A DNA stretch of 64,000 nucleotides from an uncultured Methanoregulaceae archaeon. GTDB taxonomy: Archaea; Halobacteriota; Methanomicrobia; Methanomicrobiales; Methanospirillaceae. The position numbers and the translations under genes were made by a program. The DNA lies in contig OY969564.1 in NCBI GenBank assembly GCA_963701095.1, positions 2,080,001 to 2,144,000 on the forward strand, given 5' to 3'. Below, piece after piece: positions 9,890 to 20,368 of this stretch (position 1 is the first letter of the stretch; each line of letters opens with the position of its first letter). Under the pieces are notes generated by a model. It was not told the DNA's origin, made no database searches, and worked only from the letters and a program-made list of their open reading frames with translations.

Positions 9890-12800
9890 AGTACGGGCAA
9901 AAAATCTTCTTGAAACGGTTTTTAATTCAAAATTTACTCACAAAAATTTTGAGGATTTTATTGTCAATCTGCTAAATAGTGTAAAAATCAACCAAATTAA
10001 TTACAATTCCTTTATTGTTGGAAATACCGATTTTGAAAACTTTATTCAGGTTCTGGATTATTTTGGCACTTATAAAGATCCCTCGGGAAAAACAGCCGAT
10101 ATTCTTGCAGTAAAACTGACCCGGGATAATTCAAAGATTCGTGCCCGGGTAAAGCAAAGGAATATCATCGCAAACTGGCTGAAAAAATCAAATCATAATT
10201 GTGCTCTCGTAGCTTTTTATGACGATACCGAAGACTGGCGTTTTTCCTTTGTTGAACTTGAACTAAAGACCGGACGAGACGAAGAAGGAAATGTAAAAGA
10301 TTTCCAGATTTTAAGTCCTGCCCGGCGATTATCATTCCTTGTTGGGAAGAATGAGCCGAACCACACTTGTAAAAAATACCTACTCCCTCTTCTTGCCAAT
10401 GATACGACACTACCAGATCTGGATACCATCAGATCTGCATTCAGCATTGAGAGTGTCAGCAAAGAATTCTTTGAGAAATATAAGGAACTATACGACGCAC
10501 TTGTGAAATCACTTAAAGAAGTAATTGCTCAGGATCAGGAAATCAAAGAGGAATTCAAAAACAAAAATGTCGATGTAAGCGAATTTGCCAAGAAACTCCT
10601 GGGTCAGATTGTTTTCATTTATTTTCTTCAGAAGAAAGGTTGGCTTGGCGTTCCGCGAAAGGGAAAATGGGGTGAAGGGCGAAAGGACTTTTTACGTGCT
10701 GTCTTCGATGGCGAATTTGGGAAATATGATAATTTTTTCAATGATGTTCTTGAGCCATTATTCTACAATGCTTTTGCCAACAGCGAACGAGATAACGCAT
10801 ATTATGACAAATTTGATTGCAGGATCCCGTTCCTGAATGGTGGCCTGTTTGAACCCGTCGGGGGATATGACTGGGTAAATACCGATATCGATCTTGATAA
10901 TGATATATTCAAAAAAATCTTCGATACCTTTGACGAGTTTAATTTTACCATTAAGGAAGATGAACCCCTTGAAAAAGAGGTGGCTGTCGACCCGGAAATG
11001 CTTGGAAAAATCTTCGAGAACCTACTGGAAGACAATCTGCGGAAGGGGTATGGCGCCTTTTACACCCCACGTGAGATCGTTCATTATATGTGCCAGGAGA
11101 CTCTGGTGAATTATCTTGCTGATAATTCCACCTTGAAACGTGAGGTAATCGATGCACTTATCCGAAAAGGGAACTCGGTTCTTGAAATTAAAGATTATAT
11201 GTTCCCATTAGGGAAACATGCAAAGACACTCGACAAACTCTTGAAAGAAATTCGTATTGTTGACCCGGCCGTAGGAAGCGGAGCGTTCCCTGTCGGATTA
11301 CTATCCGAAATTGTAAATGCACGAATGATTCTTGGTGAATTTGCAAACAACCAGAACCTTTCACCTTACGACCTTAAACGCGAAACAATCGAAAATTGCC
11401 TATATGGCGTGGACATTGATGCCGGAGCTGTTGATATTGCAAAATTGCGATTCTGGCTTGCTCTTGTTATCGATGAAGATAACGAGGACGAAATTGAACC
11501 TCTACCGAATCTCGAACAAAAAATCATGTGTGGTGATTCCCTGCTTGAGAGTTTTAAGGGTATTCATTTGTTCGATGAAGAAATATTCGAAAAATCAAAC
11601 CAGATAAAATTCCAAATTGATGAAATTGATAATCAAATTGCGATTCTCAACGAAGAAATAGATGCAACTGTATTTGGAAAGACCAGCGTTGACATTGTTC
11701 AGAAGATTGAAAAACTGAAAAAAGAAAAAACAAAATTGCTTGAACAAAAATCAAAAGAGGACCAAGTGACTGTCCTTGAAGGTAGTAAATTCGGTGGTTC
11801 TGGGGCACGGTTACGCTTGAAGGAACTAAGAAAGTCTCCAGAGTGAATTCTTTGATGAGACTATTAAATCCAAAAAAGAAAAACTTCGTAAAGAAATTGA
11901 TCACCTCGAATGGAAATTTATTGAAGATGCTTTGAAAGCAGACGGGCAGAATGACACCGCCGCTGAGACTGTTAAAGAACTCAAGAAAAAAAGAAGTAAG
12001 CCATTCTTTTTATGGAAGTTATACTTCAGTGAAGTATTTGCGGAGAAAGGCAGTTTTGATATTGTAATTGGTAATCCACCTTACGTCCAGATTCAAGGTA
12101 TGCAGGAGGAGTATAAACTTGCTCTTGAAAATGAGAATTATACAACTTTTGCCAGAACTGGCGATCTGTATTGTCTCTTTTACGAACGAGGGTATAAGCT
12201 TTCAAAAGGAGGGGGGCAGACTGCACTCATCACTTCGAATAGTTGGATGAGAGCTGCATATGGAGAAAAATTACGTAAATTTTTAAAAATTAATACAAAA
12301 CCAGAAATTTTGATTGATTTTTCCGATAATCAAATGTTCGAATCTGCGATAGTAAATACAAATGTATTAGTTTTCAGTAAATCTCCACAAAACTGCGATT
12401 ATTCCTTTTATTATACAATTGCTGAAGGGGATTTAAGAGGAAAAGATCTATCCGGATATATAAGCCACCATCGCAAAGAAATTGAGCTTAGTGAGTTAGA
12501 AGAATCGGGATGGACACTTGCGAGTAATAAAGTGCTTGATTTTAAGCGAAAGATTGAGAGCATAGGGACTCCATTAAAAGAATGGGATATCTGTGTCAAT
12601 AGAGGAGTTACAACTGGATTAGTTGATGCATTTATTATTGATGAGGATACTAAAAAAGAGTTGATAAGAAAGGATCCAAAAAGTTCTGATATTATTAAAC
12701 CTCTCATCCGTGGGAGAGATGTTCAGAAATATCGTAATAATTGGGAAAATTTATATTTAATCTGTACTTTTCCTTCATTAAAAATTGATATCGACACTTA

Positions 12801-13365
12801 TCCAGCAATAAAAGATTATTTGAAATCGTTTGGTAAAAAAATCGAACAAACCGGTGAAGAATTTTTGGATAATGAGGGAAAAAAGAGAAAAAGTCGAAAA
12901 AAAACATCTCACAAATGGTTTGAGGTTCAAGACAGTACATCCTATTGGAAAGAGTTTCAGAAAGAGAAATTATTCTGGATTGATTTGGTCGATAACGGTC
13001 GTTTTTCATACGATTCAGATGAGATGTTCGCTGAAAATACTGCATATATAATGACTGGAGAATCGATAAAATATCTTGTCGCGATACTAAATTCAAAATT
13101 GATAAATTACTACTTCAGCTTAATTTGTGCCACATCGGGTATGGGAACAAATAGATGGATAAAAATTTATGTCATGGAATTACCTATTCCCAAAATCACC
13201 GATATGGCACAACAACCGTTCGTAAAATTGGTTGATATCATTTTACGGAAGAAAGGGGGTGGCGAAAACACTAAAATGGATGAGGATGAACTCGACAGGC
13301 TTGTCTATAAATTATATGGTTTGAATAATGATGAAATTGCAATTGTAGAGGAATATAACAATTAA
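9882..13365 (+). CDS. Type IIG / Eco57I-like N6-adenine methyltransferase with TaqI-C-like target recognition domain (frameshift at ~11830)
   Basis: GAFYTPREIV and DPAVGSGAF in ORF 9882-11846. IGNPPY and a TRD-like tail in ORF 11932-13365. The second frame is already open from ~11830 (LQSEFFDE...). Confidence 0.9.
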
Positions 13366-13420
13366 TTCAAATTTTTTGCGGTATCGTTCATCATCTCCCT
13401 GAATCCATTATCTCTTCAGA

Positions 13421-13463
13421 ATGCCCCTATATAATCACCCAATCCTGAATACCTGATATCATG
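13421..13463 (+). promoter_or_regulatory. Putative viral promoter, copy 1 (ATGCCCCTATATAAT)
   Basis: TATA-like box begins at 13428, 33 nt before ATG 13461. Shares its core with the copies at 14608 and 23728. Confidence 0.55.
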
Positions 13464-13841
13464 TCAGGAAGCGCTATCATCGAGGATCAATTAGGAAATC
13501 CATTAGGGAACATTGGCGAGATAAGCGTCATCAATGGATCGCTGTCTGGTTCAACGGTGCCATTGCTCGTTGCAGGAGATTATGGTTCATCTGTACAACC
13601 ATTCCTTCGGAAGTATCCCCAGCTGGCATTCCAGTTTTCATCGTCCGTTTCCGGAGGCCAGTTATCCGTCGTTTTTACCAACGGTGCAACGCAAAGAATC
13701 TTCCTGCTGGGTGCGACCTATGCAACCGCAGGCGTCCTTCAATCAGGAACCGTTATTGTGCCTGTAGGATTTACAGTTAACTTCTACTATTCAGGTATTA
13801 CCGGCAACTATGATCTAACGGTTCGTGAGATCGGGCCGTGA
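13461..13841 (+). CDS. Hypothetical viral protein (beta-rich, possibly virion-associated)
   Basis: 126 aa, Gly/Ser/Thr-rich, behind the viral promoter motif. Confidence 0.65.
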   Translation: MSGSAIIEDQLGNPLGNIGEISVINGSLSGSTVPLLVAGDYGSSVQPFLRKYPQLAFQFSSSVSGGQLSVVFTNGATQRIFLLGATYATAGVLQSGTVIVPVGFTVNFYYSGITGNYDLTVREIGP

Positions 13842-13926
13842 TAACTCCCACGACCAAAGCCATGAGTTTTTGCTGATTTAATTATAAAAGAAACTGATAA
13901 ATTCTCATTTTCAAAAGGTATTTGTT

Positions 13927-14454
13927 ATGAGACAACTCGGCTCACTTGAATCCGCATCTAATGATGTTCTGAAGGATGCGCGAAATCTTTTGACGAGTCT
14001 GCGCAATCATACGATGCACGAACCTGCTACAGTAGCCGAAGCCATAAAAAATCTTAAGCATATTCGGCAAGACACTGCAGAACTCTTAAACCAAATACAA
14101 CATGAGTATTCAATTATTCAAGCCGCAAAATGGCTTCAAGTCAATAATCCTGCGCTAATAGATGCGTCATGGAAATGGAATCCTAGACAGACGGGCGGTT
14201 CCAATGAGCCTGATCTTGCAGTTTATCGTCAAAACAATATTATTATCTCGGCAGAAATTACAACATCGGCAATTCCGCAGGGTGAAATCGATAAACGGAT
14301 GCGGGACACTTTGGAGAAACTTAGCAGAATGCAAGGAGAAAAATTTTATTTTGTGCTCACAGAAAAAATGAGACAACGAGCTCAAACAAAAATTACAAAA
14401 AATGGATGGAATATTCATATTGTTTTAATAAAGGGCGAGAATCAATCTTTATAA
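13927..14454 (+). CDS. Hypothetical protein, possible PD-(D/E)xK nuclease fold
   Basis: AT-rich 175-aa ORF with an EPDL...AEITTS motif. Confidence 0.55.
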   Translation: MRQLGSLESASNDVLKDARNLLTSLRNHTMHEPATVAEAIKNLKHIRQDTAELLNQIQHEYSIIQAAKWLQVNNPALIDASWKWNPRQTGGSNEPDLAVYRQNNIIISAEITTSAIPQGEIDKRMRDTLEKLSRMQGEKFYFVLTEKMRQRAQTKITKNGWNIHIVLIKGENQSL

Positions 14455-14607
14455 ATCCAAAGGATCTGAAAAAGATCATTTCGATGAGTATCAAATTCTA
14501 TTATGTCAATTTCCGATCAAAATGATCGGAATTTTAGCCAGTTATGCCGGAATCATCCCATCGATTCCCTGACGCGACGCAATTCAACTTTTTTCAGAGG
14601 CATCGAG

Positions 14608-14650
14608 ATGCCCCTATATTATGAATTGCCTCCAGACTCGGTAATCAATG
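14608..14650 (+). promoter_or_regulatory. Putative viral promoter, copy 2 (GCCCCTATATTATGAATT...AGACTCGGTAA)
   Basis: TATA-like box begins at 14615, 33 nt before the capsid-locus ATG. Near-duplicate of 23728-23770. Confidence 0.65.
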
Positions 14651-17149
14651 CCTCGCACTGCAGGACCAGGTCACCAGATACGTAAGGGCGGAAAACAGCT
14701 TTTTGCTTTTGACCTCAAGGTTCTCGACGATTCCACGCGGAAAGTGTGTGGCATCGCTACCGGGCCGGATCTAGATCGGGAAAACGAGATGATCCTGAAA
14801 AAGGCCATCGAAAAGGCATTGCCGGATTTCATGATGCTCCCGATCATGCATCTTGACCACACGGAACGTCCGGTCGGATGGTTCACCAAGGCAGAATTTC
14901 ATGGCAACGATCTCTATGTCGAAGCCTGTGTCAAACCGACAGCAGACTGTGATGAGTTCTGGCAGGATGTCAGGAAAGCATCTGCCGACGGCAAACCGTT
15001 CCAGTTCTCCATTTTTGGTGATCGGGTAGCATGCACACCGTCATGTGCACTCCACCCGGATGATCCGAAACGGCATGCTGAACCCTGCATCACCAAAGCA
15101 CTGAAACTTTATTCTATCTCGATCTGCCAACCTGGCACCGCAATCAATCCCAACACGTTTGCGGAGGTCATGAAGGCCATGAACTCAGGTTCAGCAATGA
15201 TCCATCCGACAACGGACGGCACATATCCCAAAAAGGACGGTATTATGGAAAAAACCGACGATGAAAACGAGAAATCACCCGGTGAGCATCAGACCCCGAT
15301 AAAGGATGCAAGCGACGGTCCTGACCGTGACAATCAGGGATCAGAAGAACAACCCAGCGAGAATGGCGCTATGCAGCCGGTGATCGATCTGCTCACCCAA
15401 GTCGTAGAGAGAATACAATCCCTGGAAAGTTCGCTCGGCCTGTATAAATCGGAAACGAAACCCGGAAACGAAGATGAAGAAAAACCCGGTGAGACCCCTG
15501 ACGATAAGGATAATGACACCGATGATAAGGAGCAGGTCAGGAAATGCCCCTTACCACCGGCACAGAAGGCAGCGACCGTGACAGACACCACCATCACCAA
15601 AGCCGTTCTCGGCAGGATTGAAAAAGCTGAAGGCAGGATGACCGAGATCGAGATGAGACTCGACCGGATTGAAAAGAGTACCGCAAAGGGACCCGATGTG
15701 ATCCTCGTCGATCCGGTCATGAATAAGGCAATGGAACAGACCGCCGATAAAGACGGGATGAATCCGATTGTGAAATCAGCCGGGGCCGAACAGACTCAGC
15801 AATTTCGAGAAACTTTTCCACGGACGGTAATGCAAATGTCAGCAATAGTGAAATCTACAGGGTTCGGCTCCCTTCCGGGGTTGAACATCGGTGTGCGTGA
15901 AGCACGCTCCCGGGCACGCCAGTATTGGGGGCCCGGCGTTGAGGAAGGCGATGTGATCTATGATGTGCAGGCAATCCAGAAGGCCGCCCAAGCGGGCATG
16001 ATCGAAGCAATCGAGCAGGACCCGCGTGCAGCCATCATGATCCCGCTGGTCGAGCTGGTCTCCCCGTCCCAGGTACGGAAAGCCGTATTCGATAACACCT
16101 ACGGTATGGAGGGGTTCAAGAAAGATCTCAAGAAAGCCCAGCAGGACTTCATCAGTGAGATCGATGCCCAGCTCAGGACATCCACGATGAAGAAAGCAAC
16201 CAGCACCGCCAGCGTCCCGAACCTGATGCACAACTACTCCGATGAGGAAGTTGTCATGCTGTTCAAGAAGATCTACCCGGCGCAGGCTTTGATCCCGGTC
16301 GAGGCAAATCACGGTAAAGTAGCCCAGTGGGATGCTATCACGGAAACCGGTGCCGGTACCGCATTCTTCGGCGGCGAAGATCCCAATACGCCGGAATCCG
16401 ATATGACGGACGCGATCCGCACGGCGACCACGAAGATCATGTATACCTTCTTCCGTATCACGAAGATGGCAAAAGTCGCAGGCCAGACCCAGTACCCGGC
16501 CCGTGACCTCGTATCAATCCGCACACTTGCGGCAAACGAGATGATCCGGAACCTGCGTGAACGGTCGATCATCGGCGTAACCCGTGACGTGACCAATACC
16601 GATCCACAGTATGCCAGTGCCCAGGCACTTGAATACGACGGTCTCCAGGCACTTATCACCAACAACACCACCGCACCGCTCTACCAGACCTATGCCGGCG
16701 GCACAGCAACCCTCGACAAGATCAAACCGTTCCTGGACGAGACGATCCGGCTCATGGTCCGGCACGGCAGATATCCCAACCTCGCACTCTGTGACTGGAA
16801 GACCTTTGGTATCATCGGGCGCGGTCTCAATGAATTCTGGAGAACGGAACAGGTCAAGGCGACCGAGTTCGGTTTCGGTAAGGTGGATATTATCACGCCG
16901 ATAGGTCAGATCCCACTCGTCCCGATCACCTTTATGCCGACGAGTACCGGCAACAACGGCAGTATCATGGTTCTTGATACATCGGTTCTCGCCCGGCGTG
17001 TGCTCTGGGGTGACACCTATGAGGAACTTGCCAACCTGAACACTTCGCAGAGAGGCGTCATCTCGGCCGCTGAAGTGCTCATCGACAAATCGGACAGCAA
17101 TGGGACCAACAGCCTCCAGGGAGGCGTATGGGGAATCACCATACCGTGA
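14648..17149 (+). CDS. Prohead protease - scaffold - major capsid protein (single ORF)
   Basis: N-terminal HK97-type protease motifs (DRENE, LDHTERPVG, FSIFG), an acidic/coiled-coil middle, and a C-terminal capsid-like region (EYDGLQALI, YEELAN). Confidence 0.8.
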   Translation: MPRTAGPGHQIRKGGKQLFAFDLKVLDDSTRKVCGIATGPDLDRENEMILKKAIEKALPDFMMLPIMHLDHTERPVGWFTKAEFHGNDLYVEACVKPTADCDEFWQDVRKASADGKPFQFSIFGDRVACTPSCALHPDDPKRHAEPCITKALKLYSISICQPGTAINPNTFAEVMKAMNSGSAMIHPTTDGTYPKKDGIMEKTDDENEKSPGEHQTPIKDASDGPDRDNQGSEEQPSENGAMQPVIDLLTQVVERIQSLESSLGLYKSETKPGNEDEEKPGETPDDKDNDTDDKEQVRKCPLPPAQKAATVTDTTITKAVLGRIEKAEGRMTEIEMRLDRIEKSTAKGPDVILVDPVMNKAMEQTADKDGMNPIVKSAGAEQTQQFRETFPRTVMQMSAIVKSTGFGSLPGLNIGVREARSRARQYWGPGVEEGDVIYDVQAIQKAAQAGMIEAIEQDPRAAIMIPLVELVSPSQVRKAVFDNTYGMEGFKKDLKKAQQDFISEIDAQLRTSTMKKATSTASVPNLMHNYSDEEVVMLFKKIYPAQALIPVEANHGKVAQWDAITETGAGTAFFGGEDPNTPESDMTDAIRTATTKIMYTFFRITKMAKVAGQTQYPARDLVSIRTLAANEMIRNLRERSIIGVTRDVTNTDPQYASAQALEYDGLQALITNNTTAPLYQTYAGGTATLDKIKPFLDETIRLMVRHGRYPNLALCDWKTFGIIGRGLNEFWRTEQVKATEFGFGKVDIITPIGQIPLVPITFMPTSTGNNGSIMVLDTSVLARRVLWGDTYEELANLNTSQRGVISAAEVLIDKSDSNGTNSLQGGVWGITIP

Positions 17150-17158
17150 GGTGGAATT

Positions 17159-17698
17159 ATGTCAGCAAGTCAGATCTCTAAGCTTTTTAACCTGCAGTAC
17201 GTGATGCCGATTGCAATCAAGGTCATGAAGGCCGCACAGAACGATTGGGTCAATATCGGGAAACCGGGTATGATCGTAAAGGGTATTCTCAGCGCAGACC
17301 TTGATACCTTCAGCCTGGGAACCAGCGTTCAGGAACCCAATACCTACGGCCCCGGACTCATCAATAACGCCGGTAACCCGTATGGCGCGACCGATACCGT
17401 GATCGCCGTCAATGGTATGCTCGCTGATGGTGTGTATCCCCGCATCACCCCGTATCTCATCGCGACCAGCAGCGGCGAGATCCTTGAAGTGACGCAGGAT
17501 TCGGCACCACTGGCTGTAGCGGCAAACCTGACCGTCAAACGCGGCCGGTATGGAACGACGGCTACCGGTACCGGTCTCGCAAACGGGAACCGCATTTCGA
17601 TCCTGAACCAGATTGTCCTTTCATCTACCTCAGTCGGGATGGTCACCGGGATTGTGCAGCCCATTGGTGATGACAGCGGTATCAATGCATTTGTGTGA
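17159..17698 (+). CDS. Putative virion structural / decoration protein
   Basis: 179 aa immediately after the MCP, with a GAGGTG ribosome-binding site. Confidence 0.6.
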   Translation: MSASQISKLFNLQYVMPIAIKVMKAAQNDWVNIGKPGMIVKGILSADLDTFSLGTSVQEPNTYGPGLINNAGNPYGATDTVIAVNGMLADGVYPRITPYLIATSSGEILEVTQDSAPLAVAANLTVKRGRYGTTATGTGLANGNRISILNQIVLSSTSVGMVTGIVQPIGDDSGINAFV

Positions 17699-17711
17699 GG
17701 TGGCCTGAACC

Positions 17712-18472
17712 ATGACCACCATTTCACCGTTGCACAACTGCCAGGGCGTCAAGGCAATGGCGAGCGGGTCCCAGATTGGCGGCACGACCATTACCACCGG
17801 CTCCGGTTCCCGGCCGGAGTTGTGGTAGCGGTCACTATCGGCGACCTGTATATCGACCAGGCCAACGGCATCCTCTATCAGGCTACCGCTACTGGAACAG
17901 CCAACTGGATTGCCCTGTCTTCACTGTCATCTATTCCCTCCGGGACCACGATTGGCGGCACCGGGTTCAATACCGGAAGCGGTACGCCAAAAGGCGTTGT
18001 CACGCCTGCCCGTATCGACGACCTGTATTTTGATTACACCAATGGCGTACTCTGGATGGCGAGCGGTACGACCAATATGAGCTGGTCAGTCGTTGCAACG
18101 AGTACACCTGACCTCCAGACATATGCAGGAAACATTACCCTTGCACAGATCCAGGCCGGTGTCGTCCTGGTTCCTAATATGGCCGGGTATACCATCACAC
18201 CTATCCGGTACAAGATCATCGTCAAGGGAACTGCTGGAGGTTCTGGGAACCTTGTCCTTCAGGACACAAACGCCACCCCGGTTGTGATTACAACTATCGC
18301 CGAGGCTTCACTTGCCGGGATCCTCACTTCGGAAGTAGCGGCCACGGGTAAAACAGATGGTGCCGGTATGTGTGCTCCATTGACTACCGGAAAGGGCATC
18401 CAGATCCCGGCCACTGCCACGCTTACGACCCTTACCGGTATCTTCGTAGTGATCGATTACCAGCTCAATTAA
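17712..18472 (+). CDS. Putative virion (head fibre / decoration) protein with an internal tandem repeat (frameshift at ~17810)
   Basis: GAGGTG RBS and ATG at 17712. Adding one C joins it to ORF 17822-18472 and restores two IGGT..TGSG.P.GVV....DLY.D..NG.L repeats. Confidence 0.65.
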
Positions 18473-18483
18473 ACGAGGTTCCC

Positions 18484-19203
18484 GTGACCTACCTTACCCA
18501 GAGTGATGTAGAATCCACCGGCGGAGGATACTGCTATTCAGATTTCAGGCAGTCCGGCAGCGTTATGACTGCCGCCCAGTGGCAGCTCTATTGCGGGGAA
18601 CTTATCGCTGCGATAGACTCTGCCATTAACCACTACTGCCGTGTTCCTTCGTTCGAGATCAACACCTACACCGAGCTGTATGATGGGCGGGGGCCTACGG
18701 GAGATCGGGGAGAATACCTGCCGAGAGACAGGTTGTTCCTCCTTCGGCAACAGCCGGTAGTCTCATTAGTCAGTGTTTCAGAAAACATCAACGATCCCTC
18801 CGATCCGATTGCATGGACTCCTCGGGTACTCCGTACTACGACTTCTCCGACCGGGGGAGCAGATTTTGAACTCCTGGTACGGGGAACGTCCCTGTCGTAT
18901 ATCTTTTTCTGGAACAATATCCCGGCAAAAGGCCGGAATAATGTGCAAATAGTCTATACGGCCGGGTATGCTGTGGGTTCCGAACTTTTGAACGATATCC
19001 AGTTTATCGCCATGCAGATCGCGGATAACCTGCTCGGACGGAAGAAGAGATACCAGGAAGCAAATGCTGCCCGCCAGTCATCAACCAAAGATTCCACCGA
19101 TATGTTCAGGATGGACGCGAACGGCGCGATCTTTACTGAAGATATCCGGTTGCAGCTCGACAAGTACCGGCGGCAGCGTACCGGAGGTTCAGCATGGCGG
19201 TAG
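18484..19203 (+). CDS. Head-tail adaptor (connector) protein
   Basis: GAGGT RBS and GTG start. YLTQSDV start, IDSAINHYC, ELYDG, NVQIVYTAGY and LQLDKYRR are typical of adaptors. Confidence 0.75.
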   Translation: MTYLTQSDVESTGGGYCYSDFRQSGSVMTAAQWQLYCGELIAAIDSAINHYCRVPSFEINTYTELYDGRGPTGDRGEYLPRDRLFLLRQQPVVSLVSVSENINDPSDPIAWTPRVLRTTTSPTGGADFELLVRGTSLSYIFFWNNIPAKGRNNVQIVYTAGYAVGSELLNDIQFIAMQIADNLLGRKKRYQEANAARQSSTKDSTDMFRMDANGAIFTEDIRLQLDKYRRQRTGGSAWR

Positions 19204-19469
19204 AGGGCGAAATCCTGACGTTTACCCGTATCGATCTCGAAAATCTCCGGGAAATGATGACGACGGTAAAAACGCTCTATGAAAAGCTCGATACGCTGGG
19301 AAAAGGCATTGCTGCATGTCAGGCAAACTGTAAAGAACATCGTGACAAGGTTGATGGCCGGGTCAAAACGCTGGAAACCCAACAGAATCGCTGGATAGGA
19401 CGCGATGGTGTCATTCTCATCATCGTGCCTTTGATAATCTCGCTCATAGGTTGGTGGGTGTTCCGCTGA
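19194..19469 (+). CDS. Small coiled-coil protein with a C-terminal TM helix (holin/XhlA-like candidate)
   Basis: 91 aa ending in GVILIIVPLIISLIGWWVFR. Confidence 0.55.
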   Translation: MAVEGEILTFTRIDLENLREMMTTVKTLYEKLDTLGKGIAACQANCKEHRDKVDGRVKTLETQQNRWIGRDGVILIIVPLIISLIGWWVFR

Positions 19470-19915
19470 TGGATGACCGGCGTATCATCAGGGATATCGT
19501 GACCGGAGAGGTCGATATTGACGTTCTCCAGGACAGGATCCTCAAAGTATTTACTGACGAGATCAACGCCGCGATGGTGAAAGATACTCCGGGTGATATG
19601 AAATGGAGCGAACGACTCATCGGCAGGCACCAGGTCGAATTCTCAAATAACGCCAGGTATCTCCCCTTCCTTATCTCCGGTACTGGCCTCTACGGTCCCA
19701 GGCACCAGATGATCTGCGCCAAAGGCATGAGCGGACGAAACCCCGGGCACGTCCATGTCATGGCATGGAAACCACGTGGCGGCGGCGATATGATATTCAG
19801 GAGATGCTCTCGCGGGATTCGCCCACGTCCTTTCACCTGTATCGAGACCGGGGTCGCGGATGCAATCTCGGCATTAACCTCATTGTTCGCGGAGGCTGAT
19901 CGTGTCATCAGCTGA
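19469..19915 (+). CDS. Putative neck / tail-completion protein (HK97 gp10-like)
   Basis: Position in the module, plus YLPFLISGTGLYGP and GIRPRPF motifs. Confidence 0.65.
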   Translation: MDDRRIIRDIVTGEVDIDVLQDRILKVFTDEINAAMVKDTPGDMKWSERLIGRHQVEFSNNARYLPFLISGTGLYGPRHQMICAKGMSGRNPGHVHVMAWKPRGGGDMIFRRCSRGIRPRPFTCIETGVADAISALTSLFAEADRVIS

Positions 19916-20351
19916 CGCCATTAACGGTATTGTCGATGCGATTATCTCCCGCATCACGTCGAATTTTACCTCGTTGGGGATCACGACGATAACCGAGACC
20001 GATCAGGAGCCGCAGTATATCAATCCCGGAACGGCCTACATCATTCCTTTCGTTGAGGGAAAGGACATGATCAAGATTTTCAACGGTGGCGAACAGCACA
20101 ATTACCCGATCAATCTCATCGGATTCTACAAGTATGCTGATATCCCAACGGGTCTGCGTCCGGTTCGTTCGTACGGGCTGACCGCACTCGACCTGTTCAC
20201 CCGGAAAAATGCGACCCTCACCCACACCGTAAACAGCACAACCTATGGCTCGGAAGTCGTCGGGGCGACGCTCGAAGTCGGATACTGGCGGGTTGGAGAT
20301 TACATCATGCATATGTGGACCTTGCAGCTGCAAATGCAACAGATTATGTGA
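19902..20351 (+). CDS. Putative tail terminator protein
   Basis: 149 aa directly before the tail tube gene. Called on synteny and size. Confidence 0.55.
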   Translation: MSSADAINGIVDAIISRITSNFTSLGITTITETDQEPQYINPGTAYIIPFVEGKDMIKIFNGGEQHNYPINLIGFYKYADIPTGLRPVRSYGLTALDLFTRKNATLTHTVNSTTYGSEVVGATLEVGYWRVGDYIMHMWTLQLQMQQIM

Positions 20352-20368
20352 AAAATTGAGGTAAAACA

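Noticed and set aside
6644..13365. Calling the island DISARM or BREX
   Set aside because: No DrmA/DrmB, PglZ or BrxC is recognisable. Only partial domain overlap.
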